Shown here: piece after piece, positions 9,109 to 19,028 of the stretch
Layout of the letters: each line of letters begins with the position of its first letter
How positions within the stretch are numbered: position 1 is the stretch's first letter
NCBI GenBank assembly: GCA_963839865.1
Contig: CAWIWS010000008.1
Coordinates: forward strand, 60,301-124,300
Length of the DNA: 64,000 nt
Direction: 5' to 3'
Origin: an uncultured Acidobacteriota bacterium
GTDB lineage: Bacteria > Acidobacteriota > Vicinamibacteria > Vicinamibacterales > UBA2999
Program-made: the position numbers and the translations under genes
Notes under the pieces: model-generated
What the model was told of the DNA's origin: nothing
The model's input: only the letters and a program-made list of their open reading frames with translations
Databases searched by the model: none

Positions 9109-11485
9109 ACCCCGCTCCGATGCCGGCGCCCACCGGGCCCGCGGCCGCCGCGCGGACCTGGCGGCACGTCGCGATCGACCTGTTGATCGCGGCGCTGCTG
9201 CTCGCCGGATCCGGCGTGTGGGCCACGCGCTTCTGGAACGCCTGGATCGCCCACGGCGGTCAGCCGATCTTCTACCAGAGCTACTTCGAGCCCGCCGTGA
9301 TGGTCGCGTGCGGCAAGGGCTTCGTCGTGGCGGAGGCGCCGCGGCCCGCCGTCCTCGACGAGTTCCTCTCCCTGCGCCGTGACGCGATCGCCTGCAGCGA
9401 CCTGCCGCCGGGCATGAGGGTCGGCCGGAACGGTCTCTACCAGGGCGCCTGGATCTACCTCCAGACGACCGTGGGCTGGGCATGGCGCATCCTGGGGATC
9501 TCCTGGAGCGGGATGGGACCGCTCTTCGGTCTCCTCTTCGGGATCGTCATCGCGCTGGCCTACGGCATCTGCCGAATCGGGATGGGCCGCACGACGGCGA
9601 TGGTCTGCGCCTTCGGCCTTGCGACCTCCTACATCCACCTGACGAACCTGCCGCACCTTCGCGACTACGCGAAGGCCCCGTTCACCCTGGCGCTCGTGTT
9701 CATCCTCGGCCTGCTGGTGACGCGGCCGGTGCGCCGCAGCTGGCTCCTCGGGCTGGCGGCCGCCTACGGCGTGGTGCTCGGCGTCGGGTACGGATTCCGC
9801 ACCGATTTCCTCGTGAACCTGCCGGTGTTCCTGCTCGCGGTGTTCGCGTTCGTCGAGGGCGGGCTCACGAAGCGCCTTGCGCTCAAGGCGGCCGCCGCGC
9901 TGCTGTTCCTCGCCACCTTCACCGCCGTGAGCTGGCCTGCCGCGTCGGTCGTGTACGCGCAGGGAGGGTGCCAGTGGCACGTCTCGCTGCTCGGGCTGCA
10001 GGCGCCGTTCGACGAGTACCTCCACGTGGCGCCCGCGCCGTACGACTTCGGCTACGCCTACTCGGACGGCTACATCTCGCAGACCATCGAAGGCTTCAAC
10101 CAGCGAATGGATCCCACCGCCTCCCCGCTGGGATTCTGCTCGCATGAATACGACGTGCAGAGCGGCCGCTACCTGCGCGAAATCGTCTTCGCCTTTCCGG
10201 CCGACCTGATCACGCGCGCGTACGCCTCGGTGCTGCAGATCGCGGAACTGCCGTTCCTGTCGTGGGCGAGCCCCCTCCAGGGGTGGGCCACGGGCCTGTA
10301 TGAGACGCGGGAGAGCCTCCTGCGTCCGAGGATTGGCTGGGGCGTCCCTATCGTCGCCGCCGCGCTGCTGATCGCCAGCGCGGGGGGCTGCGGCTGGGCC
10401 TCTTCCTCCTCTTCTTCACGGCGTACTTCGGCGGCTATCCGGCGATCCAGTTCCAGGAGCGCCACCATTTCCACCTCGAGTTCATGACGTGGTGGGCGGC
10501 CGGATTCGTCGTGCACCAGACCGTCGTCCATGCGTGGGCGGCGCGCGGTCGTCGTCCCGCTTGGCCCGATGTCGCCCGAGGCGCCCTGCGGTCAGTGGCG
10601 TTTGCGACGATCGCCGCTGGTCTCGTGATCGGCGGACTTGGCACCGCGAGGTGGTATCAGCGACGCACGGCCACGGCCATGCTGGCGTCCTACGTCGCTG
10701 CGCCAAAGGTCGCCCTCGACCCGTCCGGCACGCTGAGCGGAATCCCGCCGCGGGCGTGGCCGCAGTACCTCGAGGTGGACGTCGACCAGGCGCGGTGCGG
10801 CCGCAGTCCGGCGGTCACGTTTCGTTACGACCCGAACACGCCCGACGCCGGCCTATCCCGCACGGTGACCGTGTCCCGCTTCTCCCGCACGCCCGGGGTC
10901 ACGCGCATCCTGCAGCCGGTCTTCGAGCATTATGTCGGCCTCGCCCTGTCAGACCCGCGGCCGGGATGCCTCGCCGGCGTTTCGCGCGTCGCCGATTTGC
11001 ATCGGTTTCCGGTGCTGCTCGGCGTGACGCTGCCCCCGGACTGGCCGTCGCTGCCCCTTTACCAGCGCCTGGCTGAGTGGGAACGGGATCCATCGCTGCC
11101 TCCGTTCGCTCCGCTTCCCCCGCTCTCGACCTGGGCGCTCGCCTCCGGCAAGCCGCCGTCGGTCGGCCTGTTCGGCACGCTCAAGGTGGTCGGCGATCGA
11201 ACGACGTCCGGATACCAGCTGACGAGCCCTCGCGTGGATGCCCCGGTGGGCGCCAGCGTGTTCGTGCGGACGGACCTCACCGCTTCCCGGGGCCGCGTGT
11301 GCCTGGGCGCGCTCAACGGATCGGCCGCGACGTGGCTGTCGCCGGCGAGCGGCGTCCGGCAGGAGATGCGCTTCACCGTGGACGAGAGCGGCGGGTTCAT
11401 GGTGGCCGTCGCGAACTGCAACCCCAGCGAAATCCCGTCGGCCAGTGTCTTCCGCCTGTCGAAGGCGTCGTATGCGGTCGAGTAG
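9105..11485 (+). pseudogene. Large polytopic membrane protein with extracytoplasmic C-domain, family copy P1 (~793 aa if repaired); frame break at the G6 tract 10382-10387
   Basis: GTG 9105 overlaps the upstream TGA. ORF 9105-10487 (frame 0) ends in nonsense after ..LLIASAGG. Frame 2 continues LRLGLFLLFFTAYFGGYPAIQFQERHHFHLEFMTWW.., colinear with copies P2 and P3. Family motifs: YFEPAVMVACGKGF, HLTNLPHLRDYAKAPF, Cys pair ARCG...PGCLAGVSRV. Confidence 0.75.
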
Positions 11486-11494
11486 CCCACGCCC

Positions 11495-13518
11495 GTGATC
11501 AAGCCGTACACCTGGAAGGTGGAACTCGCCATCGTCGCCCTGATCTTCCTGGCGTCGAGCACGTGGGCCACCCATTTCTGGAACACGTGGACCGCGCGTG
11601 GCGGGCAGCCGGTGTTCTACCAGACCTACTTCGAGCCGGCGGTGATGATCGCGTGCGGTCGCGGTTTCGTCATCACCGTGCAGCAACCGGAGCCGCTCGC
11701 CGAGTTCCTGCGCCTGCGCCGCGACACCTTCGACTGCGCGACGCTGCCGGCGAAGCTGGAACTCGACCCCGACCACGTGTACCAGGCGGCGTGGCGGTAT
11801 CTCGAGACCGCGGTGGGATGGGCGTGGCGCATCCTCGGCATTTCCTGGAGCGGGTTGGGCCCGCTCTTCGGCGTGCTTTTCGGGACGGTGATCACGCTGG
11901 CGTACGGCATCAGTCGGCTGGCCGCGGGCCGCGTTTTCGCAGTCCTGGCCGCGATCGGTCTCTCGGCCTCGTCCATCCACCTGCTGAACCTGCCGCACCT
12001 GCGTGACTACGCGAAGGCGCCCTTCACGCTGGCGCTGGTGCTCATCCTCGGGTGGATCGTCACGCGACCCGTGCGGGCGTGGTCGTTGCTCGCGCTGTCC
12101 ACCGCGTACGGCGCCGTGCTCGGCATCGGCTACGGCTTCCGCACGGACTTCCTCGCCGCGCTGCCGGTGCTGGTGATCGTGCTGTTCGGCTTCCTGGAAG
12201 GCGGCATCGGGCGGCATCTGAGGCTGAAGGCCGCGGCCACCGCGCTCTTTCTCGCGACCTTCACGGTGGTGAGCTGGCCGATCACCACGGCGGTGTACGT
12301 CAAGGGCGGGTGCCAGTGGCACGTGGCGTTGCTCGGCCTGCAGACGCCGCTCGATCCCAATCTGAGCATCGGCGCCGCGCCCTACGACTTCGGTTACGCC
12401 TATTCGGACGAGTACATCAGCCGCACCGTGTCCGGCTATGCGTTTCGCATGGACCCGGGCCGCGAGCCCCTGGTGTTCTGCGGCCACGAGTACAACGTCG
12501 AGAGCGGACGCTACCTGCGCGGCATCGTCACGTCGTTTCCCGGAGACCTGCTGACACGCGCGTCGGCGTCGGTCCTCCAACTGGTGGAACTGCCGTTCCG
12601 TCAATGGTCGGCGCCGATGACGGACTGGTATGCCCCCTTCTACCGCCTGCGCGCCTTCGCCCTCCAACCCGGCGTGCGCTGGGGCACGTCAACTTCACTG
12701 CCGCGGCAATCCTGGTGATCAGCGCCGGTAGCTTGAGACTCGGGCTTTTCCTCGTGTTCTTCCTTGCCTATTTCGGCGGCTATCCGGCGATCCAGTTCCA
12801 GGAGCGTCACTTCTTCCACCTCGAGTTCATGGGGTGGTGGGCGATGGCGTTTATCGGACACCACGCCGTGGCGGCGGCGTGGTCGCTGAAGGACCGCGCG
12901 CCGGACTTTGTTCGCGTGAAGCGGGGAGCGATGACTGCCGGCGCCTTCGCCCTGGGCGTCGGGCTGCTGTTTGTCGGCGTGCTCGGCGCGGCGCGGTGGT
13001 ACCAGGCCCGCCAGGCGCGCCAGCTGTTCGAGGCTTATATCGCGGCACCCAAGGTGATCGTGGACAACCCGGCCGGGCCGATCACCGGCATCGCGCCGAC
13101 GGCCTGGCCGCAGATGCTCGAAGTCGACCTCGACGAGGCTGTGTGCGGCCCGAAGCCGTCGGTCACGTTTCGCTACGCCGCCCTTCCGGCCGACACCAAC
13201 TTTACGCGGACGATCACCATCGAGCGAAGGGCGAGCCGGGCAGGCTTGACCCGGTTGTTCCAGCCGGTGTTCGCCCCGTTCGATGGACTGGCGGTGTCGG
13301 ACCCGACGCCGGGGTGCCTTGTCGGCGCCTCCCGCATCGCGGATCTCTCGGCGTTCCCGCTGCTCCTGGGTGTCACCCTATCGCCCGACTGGCGCACGCT
13401 GCCGCTGCACCAGCGCCTTGCCGGCTGGGAACGCGACGCCCTCGGCGCGTCGGTGGCGCCGCCGGGTGTGTCATTGTTGACGGAGGCGTCCCCGGCGGGC
13501 GCGGCCATGGTTCGATGA
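11495..13518 (+). pseudogene. Large polytopic membrane protein, family copy P2 (~674 aa if repaired); frame break near 12686
   Basis: GTG 11495. ORF 11495-12718 (frame 2) reads ..QPGVRWG. Frame 1 then continues VNFTAAAILVISAGSLRLGLFLVFFLAYFGGYPAIQFQERHFFHLEFMGWW.. Alignment to P1 implies two extra nt (ac) at 12686-12687. Closest paralog of P1 (tandem duplicate). Confidence 0.75.
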
Positions 13519-13540
13519 CCCCCACGAAAGGATCCCGCGC

Positions 13541-14692
13541 GTGATCGATCCGAAGTCGCCAGTCGCCATCCACCGCAGCGTGGAGGCGGCCGCCAAGCAG
13601 TACGGGTTGCGGCCGGGCGCGGAAGAGTTCCCGCTGATGGTGGTGATCTCCATCATCTACCCGTGCAACTTCGGTTGCCCGATGTGCCCGTACACGGACG
13701 GGAATTCCGAGCTGCGGAAGTTCTATCACGCGCACGACGGCGACCTGATGCCCGTGCCGTTATGGGAGAAGATGGCCGACGAATGCGGCCAGTACGGCGC
13801 GTGGATGCGGTGCACCGGCGGAGGCGAGCCGATGCTCCACCCGAAGATGGTGGAGATGGTCGAGTATGCGAAGGCCCGTGGCGCCCGGATCTGGATGAAC
13901 TCCAACGGCAGCATGTTCGGGCCGCTGCCGCAGTTTCGCGCCAAGCTCGAACGCATTTTGAAAGCCGGCATCGACCTCATCGAGTTCTCGATGGACGCCG
14001 GCGATCCCGACACCTACGCGAAGGTGCGGCCGCCGCACCGCGGGGCGCCGCGCGATCCGCAGAAGTGGTGGGACAACCACGTCGGCAACGTCCGCGCCGC
14101 GCTCGCGATGCGCAAGGAGTTCCGCACCACCAACCGCATCGTCGTCTCCATGATCCGGCAGGACATCATGGAGGGAAAGATGGAAGCGGCGGTGAAGTTC
14201 TGGATGGAGGACGTGGGCGTGGACGAAGTAATCACGCGCAAGTTTCTCTCCTGGGACGACAACACGACGATCCAGCTCGGTCACGCGATGGACCCGCACC
14301 TCTATAAGGCGACGCCGTCCGAGCGGAAGGAGCCGTGCGTGTGGCCGTTCGAGCGTCTGAACGTGGACACGCTGGGACGCATCGCGCTCTGCGGCCAGGA
14401 CATTTCGTTCAAGACGGCCGATCTCTTTCCCAACGTGAACGACGTCAGCCTCAAGGACATCTGGCAGGGCGAGCGGTTCAACTGGTACCGCCGCCTGCAC
14501 CTGGAAGGGAAGGGCGCCGAGGCGTGGCCCTGCCGCGGCTGCTCGGCCTGGCTGGCGGGGATTCGCGACTGGGACCACGGCTGGCTCAAGGTGCTCAGGA
14601 CCTCGGGTCTCCACGTAAAAGACGTCATGAAGAAGGACCTCGGCGTTGACGTCGAGGTTTACCAGCCGCATCACGACCTGCCAAGCAAATAG
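13541..14692 (+). CDS. Radical SAM enzyme with SPASM-like C-terminal Cys cluster
   Basis: CNFGCPMC (CxxxCxxC) near the N-terminus; GGGEP; C-terminal CVWPF...LCGQD...WPCRGCSAW. RBS-like GAAAGGA lies 9 nt upstream of GTG 13541. Confidence 0.8.
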   Translation: MIDPKSPVAIHRSVEAAAKQYGLRPGAEEFPLMVVISIIYPCNFGCPMCPYTDGNSELRKFYHAHDGDLMPVPLWEKMADECGQYGAWMRCTGGGEPMLHPKMVEMVEYAKARGARIWMNSNGSMFGPLPQFRAKLERILKAGIDLIEFSMDAGDPDTYAKVRPPHRGAPRDPQKWWDNHVGNVRAALAMRKEFRTTNRIVVSMIRQDIMEGKMEAAVKFWMEDVGVDEVITRKFLSWDDNTTIQLGHAMDPHLYKATPSERKEPCVWPFERLNVDTLGRIALCGQDISFKTADLFPNVNDVSLKDIWQGERFNWYRRLHLEGKGAEAWPCRGCSAWLAGIRDWDHGWLKVLRTSGLHVKDVMKKDLGVDVEVYQPHHDLPSK

Positions 14693-14695
14693 CGG

Positions 14696-15628
14696 ATGTC
14701 GCACGCGCGGGTCATCGTGTTTGGGTACGGCGAGCTGGCGCTCGCGGCCCTCGACACGCTTGCGCGCCTCGGCGTCACGCCTGTTGCGGTCGTCGTCCCT
14801 GGCAACCGCCCCGGCCACGACGTGGACATCGTGTCCGTGTATGCCCGCGCAAAAGGCCTCGTGCTGCTGGCCCAGCCTCCGCGCGCGCGCATCGCACCGT
14901 TCCTTGCGGAGGTGCGCGCCCTCAATCCGGACCTGCTGTTCGTCTGGTCCTATTCGATGTTGCTCCCGCCGGAACTCGTGGCCCTCGCGCCGCGCGGCGC
15001 CGTCAACCTGCACGGCGGGCTGCTCCCTGAGTACCGGGGCGGGCACGTGATGAACTGGGCGATCGCCAATGGCGAGACGGAGACTGGCGTCACCCTTGCC
15101 TACATCGACGAGGGGATCGACACGGGGCCGGTAATCGCCGAGCGGCGATTCCCGATCGAGTGGGGAGACGATGCGGCGTCGGTGCGGCAGAAGCTGAAGA
15201 CGGCGGGGGAGTCGTTGCTGGCCGAGTGGTGGCCGGCGATCGAGGCCGGCAGCGCGCCGAGAATGCCCCAGGATGAGACCCGCGCCGGGTACCACCGCAT
15301 GCGCACGGCCGACGATGGCCGCATCGACTGGGCGCAGTCGAACATCGCCATCTACAACCTGGCCCGCGCGCTCGTGGCGCCGTGGCCGGGCGCGTTCACG
15401 ACAATCGGCTCGACGAAACTCGTGCTGAGAAAGGTCGAGCCGGTCGCGGCCTCTGCCCCGCGCGCGCCAGGCTCCGTGGTGCGCTGCGATGACGCCGAAG
15501 TGCGGATCGCCGCCGGCGATGGCGATGTGCTCGTGAGTGCGATCGAGATCGAAGGCCGCCGCGCCACACTCGCGGATCTCCGTCGCGCCGGGTGCGCCGA
15601 AGGCGCCCGGCTGGGCGCGCCGGCGTAA
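14696..15628 (+). CDS. Formyltransferase (Fmt / ArnA-N / sugar N-formyltransferase family)
   Basis: 310 aa. Catalytic-region motif NLHGGLLPEYRGGHV.NWAI..GE.ETGVT....DEGIDTGP.I, with a C-terminal Fmt-like domain. Its position in an amino-sugar cluster favours a sugar N-formyltransferase role (inference). Confidence 0.8.
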   Translation: MSHARVIVFGYGELALAALDTLARLGVTPVAVVVPGNRPGHDVDIVSVYARAKGLVLLAQPPRARIAPFLAEVRALNPDLLFVWSYSMLLPPELVALAPRGAVNLHGGLLPEYRGGHVMNWAIANGETETGVTLAYIDEGIDTGPVIAERRFPIEWGDDAASVRQKLKTAGESLLAEWWPAIEAGSAPRMPQDETRAGYHRMRTADDGRIDWAQSNIAIYNLARALVAPWPGAFTTIGSTKLVLRKVEPVAASAPRAPGSVVRCDDAEVRIAAGDGDVLVSAIEIEGRRATLADLRRAGCAEGARLGAPA

Positions 15629-17100
15629 TTGTCGCAAATGACACTGTTGGAATATCCCACTCTCAGCCCGGACATCCAGGCGTTCGTCCGCGCCGGCTAC
15701 GGCGTGCTGATGCTCCTGACCCTCGTCGCCGCGTTGCCGCACGCGCGACGCTACTTCCGGAGCGAGAAGTGGGGCGGCTACGCGCAGTCCGGCCCCCTGG
15801 TCGATGCGATCCAGAACCCCGTTGTCGGGTCGCTGCTCTTCGCACTGTGGGTGGCGGCCGCGGTGGCGCTCATCGCCGGCCGCGCAGTGGTGCTGGCCTC
15901 GGCGGTCAACCTGGTCCTCTGCTACTACTTCTTCGTCCGCATGCGGTGGCGCAGCGTCACGCGCGGGATGGGCGCACCCGGCTTCATCGCGTTCTGGCTC
16001 GGCGCGGCGGTGTGCCTGCTCGAAGTCACCGCGCGGCACGCGCCAGACGTCCGCGCGTTGGTCCTGCTGACGCTCCAGATCGACTTCGGGGGCATCATGC
16101 TCTCGGCCGGCCTCTACAAGCTCGCCGCCGGGTATCGCCAGAACCACGGCATGGAGCTCGGCATGGTCAACCCGGAATGGGGCTACTGGCCGCGTTTCTG
16201 GATGGACTGGCGGCCCACGCACCCGCTCTTCCGGTTCTTCAACGAGATGGCCTGGAGCACCGAAGTGGCGTGCGGCATCCTGATGCTGATTCCGGTCACC
16301 CGCATGCTTGGCGGCCTCGGCATGCTGCTCAGTTTCATCTTCATCGCCACGCAGATCCGCCTCGGCTTCCTGTGCGAGATGGTGATGCTGTGCTGCGTCC
16401 TGTTCTTCGGCGCCGGCACCGCTCCAGAGGGATGGTTGCTTGGCGTGCTGCCCGCGGCGGCACCGGTCGCGGGCCAGCCGATGCCGGCGCTCGCACAGGC
16501 GGCGCTCGCCACGTTCTGCTGGGCCTACATCGCCCTGCTTGCCCCTGGTCGCGGGCCGGCATGTTCTACAACCAGCTGAAGCACCGATCGTTGCCGGCGC
16601 CGGTGCAGCGCGCGCTGGATCTCTACGCCAACGCGTTCGGCCTGATTCTCTGGCGCGTCTTCACGGCGGACGTCGTCAATTTCTTCGTCCGCGTCTGGGA
16701 GGCCCCGCGTAACGGCGGCGCCCGGCAGCTGGTCTCCGACTTCCGCAGGACCGGCCCGTCGCGGTTTGCCCAGGTCGCCGAATCCATCGCCCTCACCAGC
16801 GTCTTCACGACGCTGAAGTACTACCCGAGCAATCGCGGGCTGTTCGTCGAGCGCCTGCTGCGCTATGCGCGGACGATTCCCTGCGCGGCAGACGCCCGGC
16901 TCGTGTTCGAGTGGGTCAACGTCGCGACGCGTCCGGAACGATTCGAGTTCGTGCCGATCGCGGAGTACATCGTCGATCCTGCCGCGAGCAGCGTCACCGA
17001 CGTGGCGCTGAGCGACGCCGACAGCGTCTCGCGCATCCCGAGCGTCTCTCCTGTGCATGAAGGCGCGCGCCCCGGCAGCTACGCGCCACTGGGCCGATGA
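15629..17100 (+). pseudogene. Polytopic membrane protein of unknown function (~490 aa if repaired); two +1 breaks near 16537 and 16559
   Basis: ORF 15629-16579 (frame 2) is strongly hydrophobic (about 9 helices). Sense passes through frame 0 (PLVAGR) into frame 1 (MFYNQLKHRSLPAPVQRALDLYANAFGLILWRVF...), ending at 17100. The start may instead be ATG 15638. I considered a possible HTTM-like domain but could not verify it. Confidence 0.55.
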
Positions 17101-17110
17101 TGACCGCCGT

Positions 17111-17145
17111 CGACTCCCGACTCCCGACTCCCGTCTCCCGGTTCC
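17111..17145. repeat. Tandem heptamer repeat (CGACTCC)x3 plus two degenerate units (CGTCTCC, CGGTTCC)
   Basis: Read directly: cgactcc cgactcc cgactcc cgtctcc cggttcc. Lies in the 57-nt gap between 17100 and the AsnB-like start at 17158. Confidence 0.9.
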
Positions 17146-17157
17146 CGGTGTACTGAC

Positions 17158-19028
17158 ATGTGCGGCATCTGTGGAATGTTCGGGCGCGGTGACCGCGCGG
17201 TGACCGAGTCGATGCTCGCGACGCTCCGCCACCGCGGCCCGGATGATGGGCACGTGGTGCACCGCGAGCGCTTCGCCATCGGCGCGCGTCGCCTGGCCAT
17301 CCTCGACCTCGAGGGCGGACGCCAGCCGATGTCCAACGAAGACGGCTCGATCTGGGCGGCCGAGAACGGCGAGCTCTACAACTACCCGCAACTCCGGCCG
17401 CGGCTCCTCCAGGCCGGTCACCAGCTGCACACCCACTGCGACACCGAGGTGCTGCCGCATCTCTACGAAGACCACGGCGCCGGACCTGCCCGAACATATC
17501 GACGGCATGTTCGCGATCGCGGTGTGGGACGAGAACCGCCAGACCGGGTTGCTCGCCCGCGACCGGATGGGGAAGAAGCCGCTTTACTACTGGCAGAGCG
17601 GTGATGTCCTCTATTTCGCCTCCGAGCTCAAGGCGCTCCTCACGATCCCTGGCTTCACGCGGACGATCAACCTCGAGGCGATGCACCATTTCATCAGCCT
17701 CAAGCACGTTCCGCACCCGCTGACCATCTTCAAGGACGTCTACATGCTGCCGCCGGCGCACCGGCTGACGTTCCGCCCGGGTGAGCAGCCGGTGATCAGC
17801 CGCTATTGGGACGTGGACTTCACGGTGGACCCGGACCTCGACCGGCGGACGGACGAGGAGTTGACGGACGAAGTGATCCGGTTGCTCGGCCAGGGCGTCG
17901 AGCGGCGACTGTTGTCGGACGTGCCCATCGGCTTCTTCCTGAGCGGCGGCCTCGACTCGAGCCTCTCCACGGCCATCGCGGCCGAGGCCACGGGCCGCAT
18001 CAAGACGTTCACGCTGACCTATTCGAACGAGTCCACGACCCCGGGTAAGGAACAGGACCGCCGGTGGGCCCGGTGGGTGGCGGACAAGTACGGCACCGAA
18101 CATCACGAAGAGACCATCGAGTTCAGCAATTACCCTGACAACCTCAAGAAGATCCTGGGCTGCTTCGACGAGCCGTTCGCGGGCGTTGTCTCCAGCTACT
18201 TCCTGTCGCAGCTGATCGCCCGGCACGTGAAGGTCGCGTTGTCGGGGGACGGCGCCGACGAGATCTTCGGGAGCTACCTGTCGCATCGCCTTGCGCAGCC
18301 GCTCGCGCGGTTTCCGGAATACCAGCGCACGGGCAACGCCGATCTCGATCCGGCCCTTCGAGAACCGGCCGGAATACCTGGCCGGCCTCCTTGGTCCCGG
18401 CGACACGCCGGCGCCGGACTGGGAGTGGCGCGCGAAGCTCCTGGTGTTCGGCGAGCATGAGAAGCGCGACCTGTACAACCCCGATGTGCAGCAGGCCCTG
18501 GCCGGCACGAGCACTGCTGCGTACCTGAAGGAGACGTTCGAACGCCTCACCGCAGCGGACCCGCTCAACCGCATCCTCGAGGCCGAGTTCAAGACGATCT
18601 TCCCCGACCAGGTGCTGACCTACGGCGATCGCCTGTCGATGGCGCACTCCCTCGAGGTGCGCAGCGCCTATCTCGACACCGACCTGGTCACCTTCGTGGC
18701 GAAGTTGCCCGGACGCGTGAAGATCAAGCTGGGCGACACGAAATACCTGCTGAAGCAGGCGGCCCGCCGCTACTTCCCGGCGGAGATGGTGGACCGGCCG
18801 AAGGAAGGCTTCCTCATGCCCGTCACGCAGTGGATGCTGGGCGACCTCCAGTCCTACGTGCGCGACACCCTGAGCCCGTCGCGCCTCCGCCGCCACGATT
18901 TCTTCGACGCGGCGCGCGTCGGCGCGCTCGTCGATCGCCTGTATCGACCCGGCGCCGACTACACTGACGTCAACAAGGTGCTCGCCTTCGTCGTCTTTCA
19001 GGAGTGGTACGACCTGTACCTCGCATGA
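17158..19028 (+). pseudogene. asnB: Asparagine synthase (glutamine-hydrolysing) family amidotransferase, copy 1; +1 breaks near 17480 and 18350
   Basis: N-terminal MCGICG (Ntn glutaminase Cys2) with RGPDD and FNGE-type region. Frame 2 continues LPEHIDGMFAIAVWD...GKKPLYY and carries the PP-loop FLSGGLDSS. Frame 0 continues RPFENRPEYL...SLEVRSAYLD...KEGF. Three ORF-track pieces (17158-17604, 17243-18460, 18291-19028) join colinearly. Confidence 0.8.

Noticed and set aside
13760-16222. Very long antisense ORFs in the track, e.g. 13760-16222 (-) 820 aa, 33348-35513 (-) 721 aa, 59254-61239 (-) 661 aa, 10949-12667 (-), 8862-10145 (-), 62204-63799 (-)
   Set aside because: Their translations are low-complexity and rich in R, A, G, P, H and E, with no recognisable motifs. 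They lie exactly opposite + strand genes that have strong family signatures. Long stop-free antisense frames are expected at this GC content.
17111-17145. Could the tandem repeat, or any other repeat, be a CRISPR array?
   Set aside because: The units are 7 bp and contiguous with no spacers. There are no 25-40 bp repeat/spacer periodicities and no cas genes anywhere in the window.
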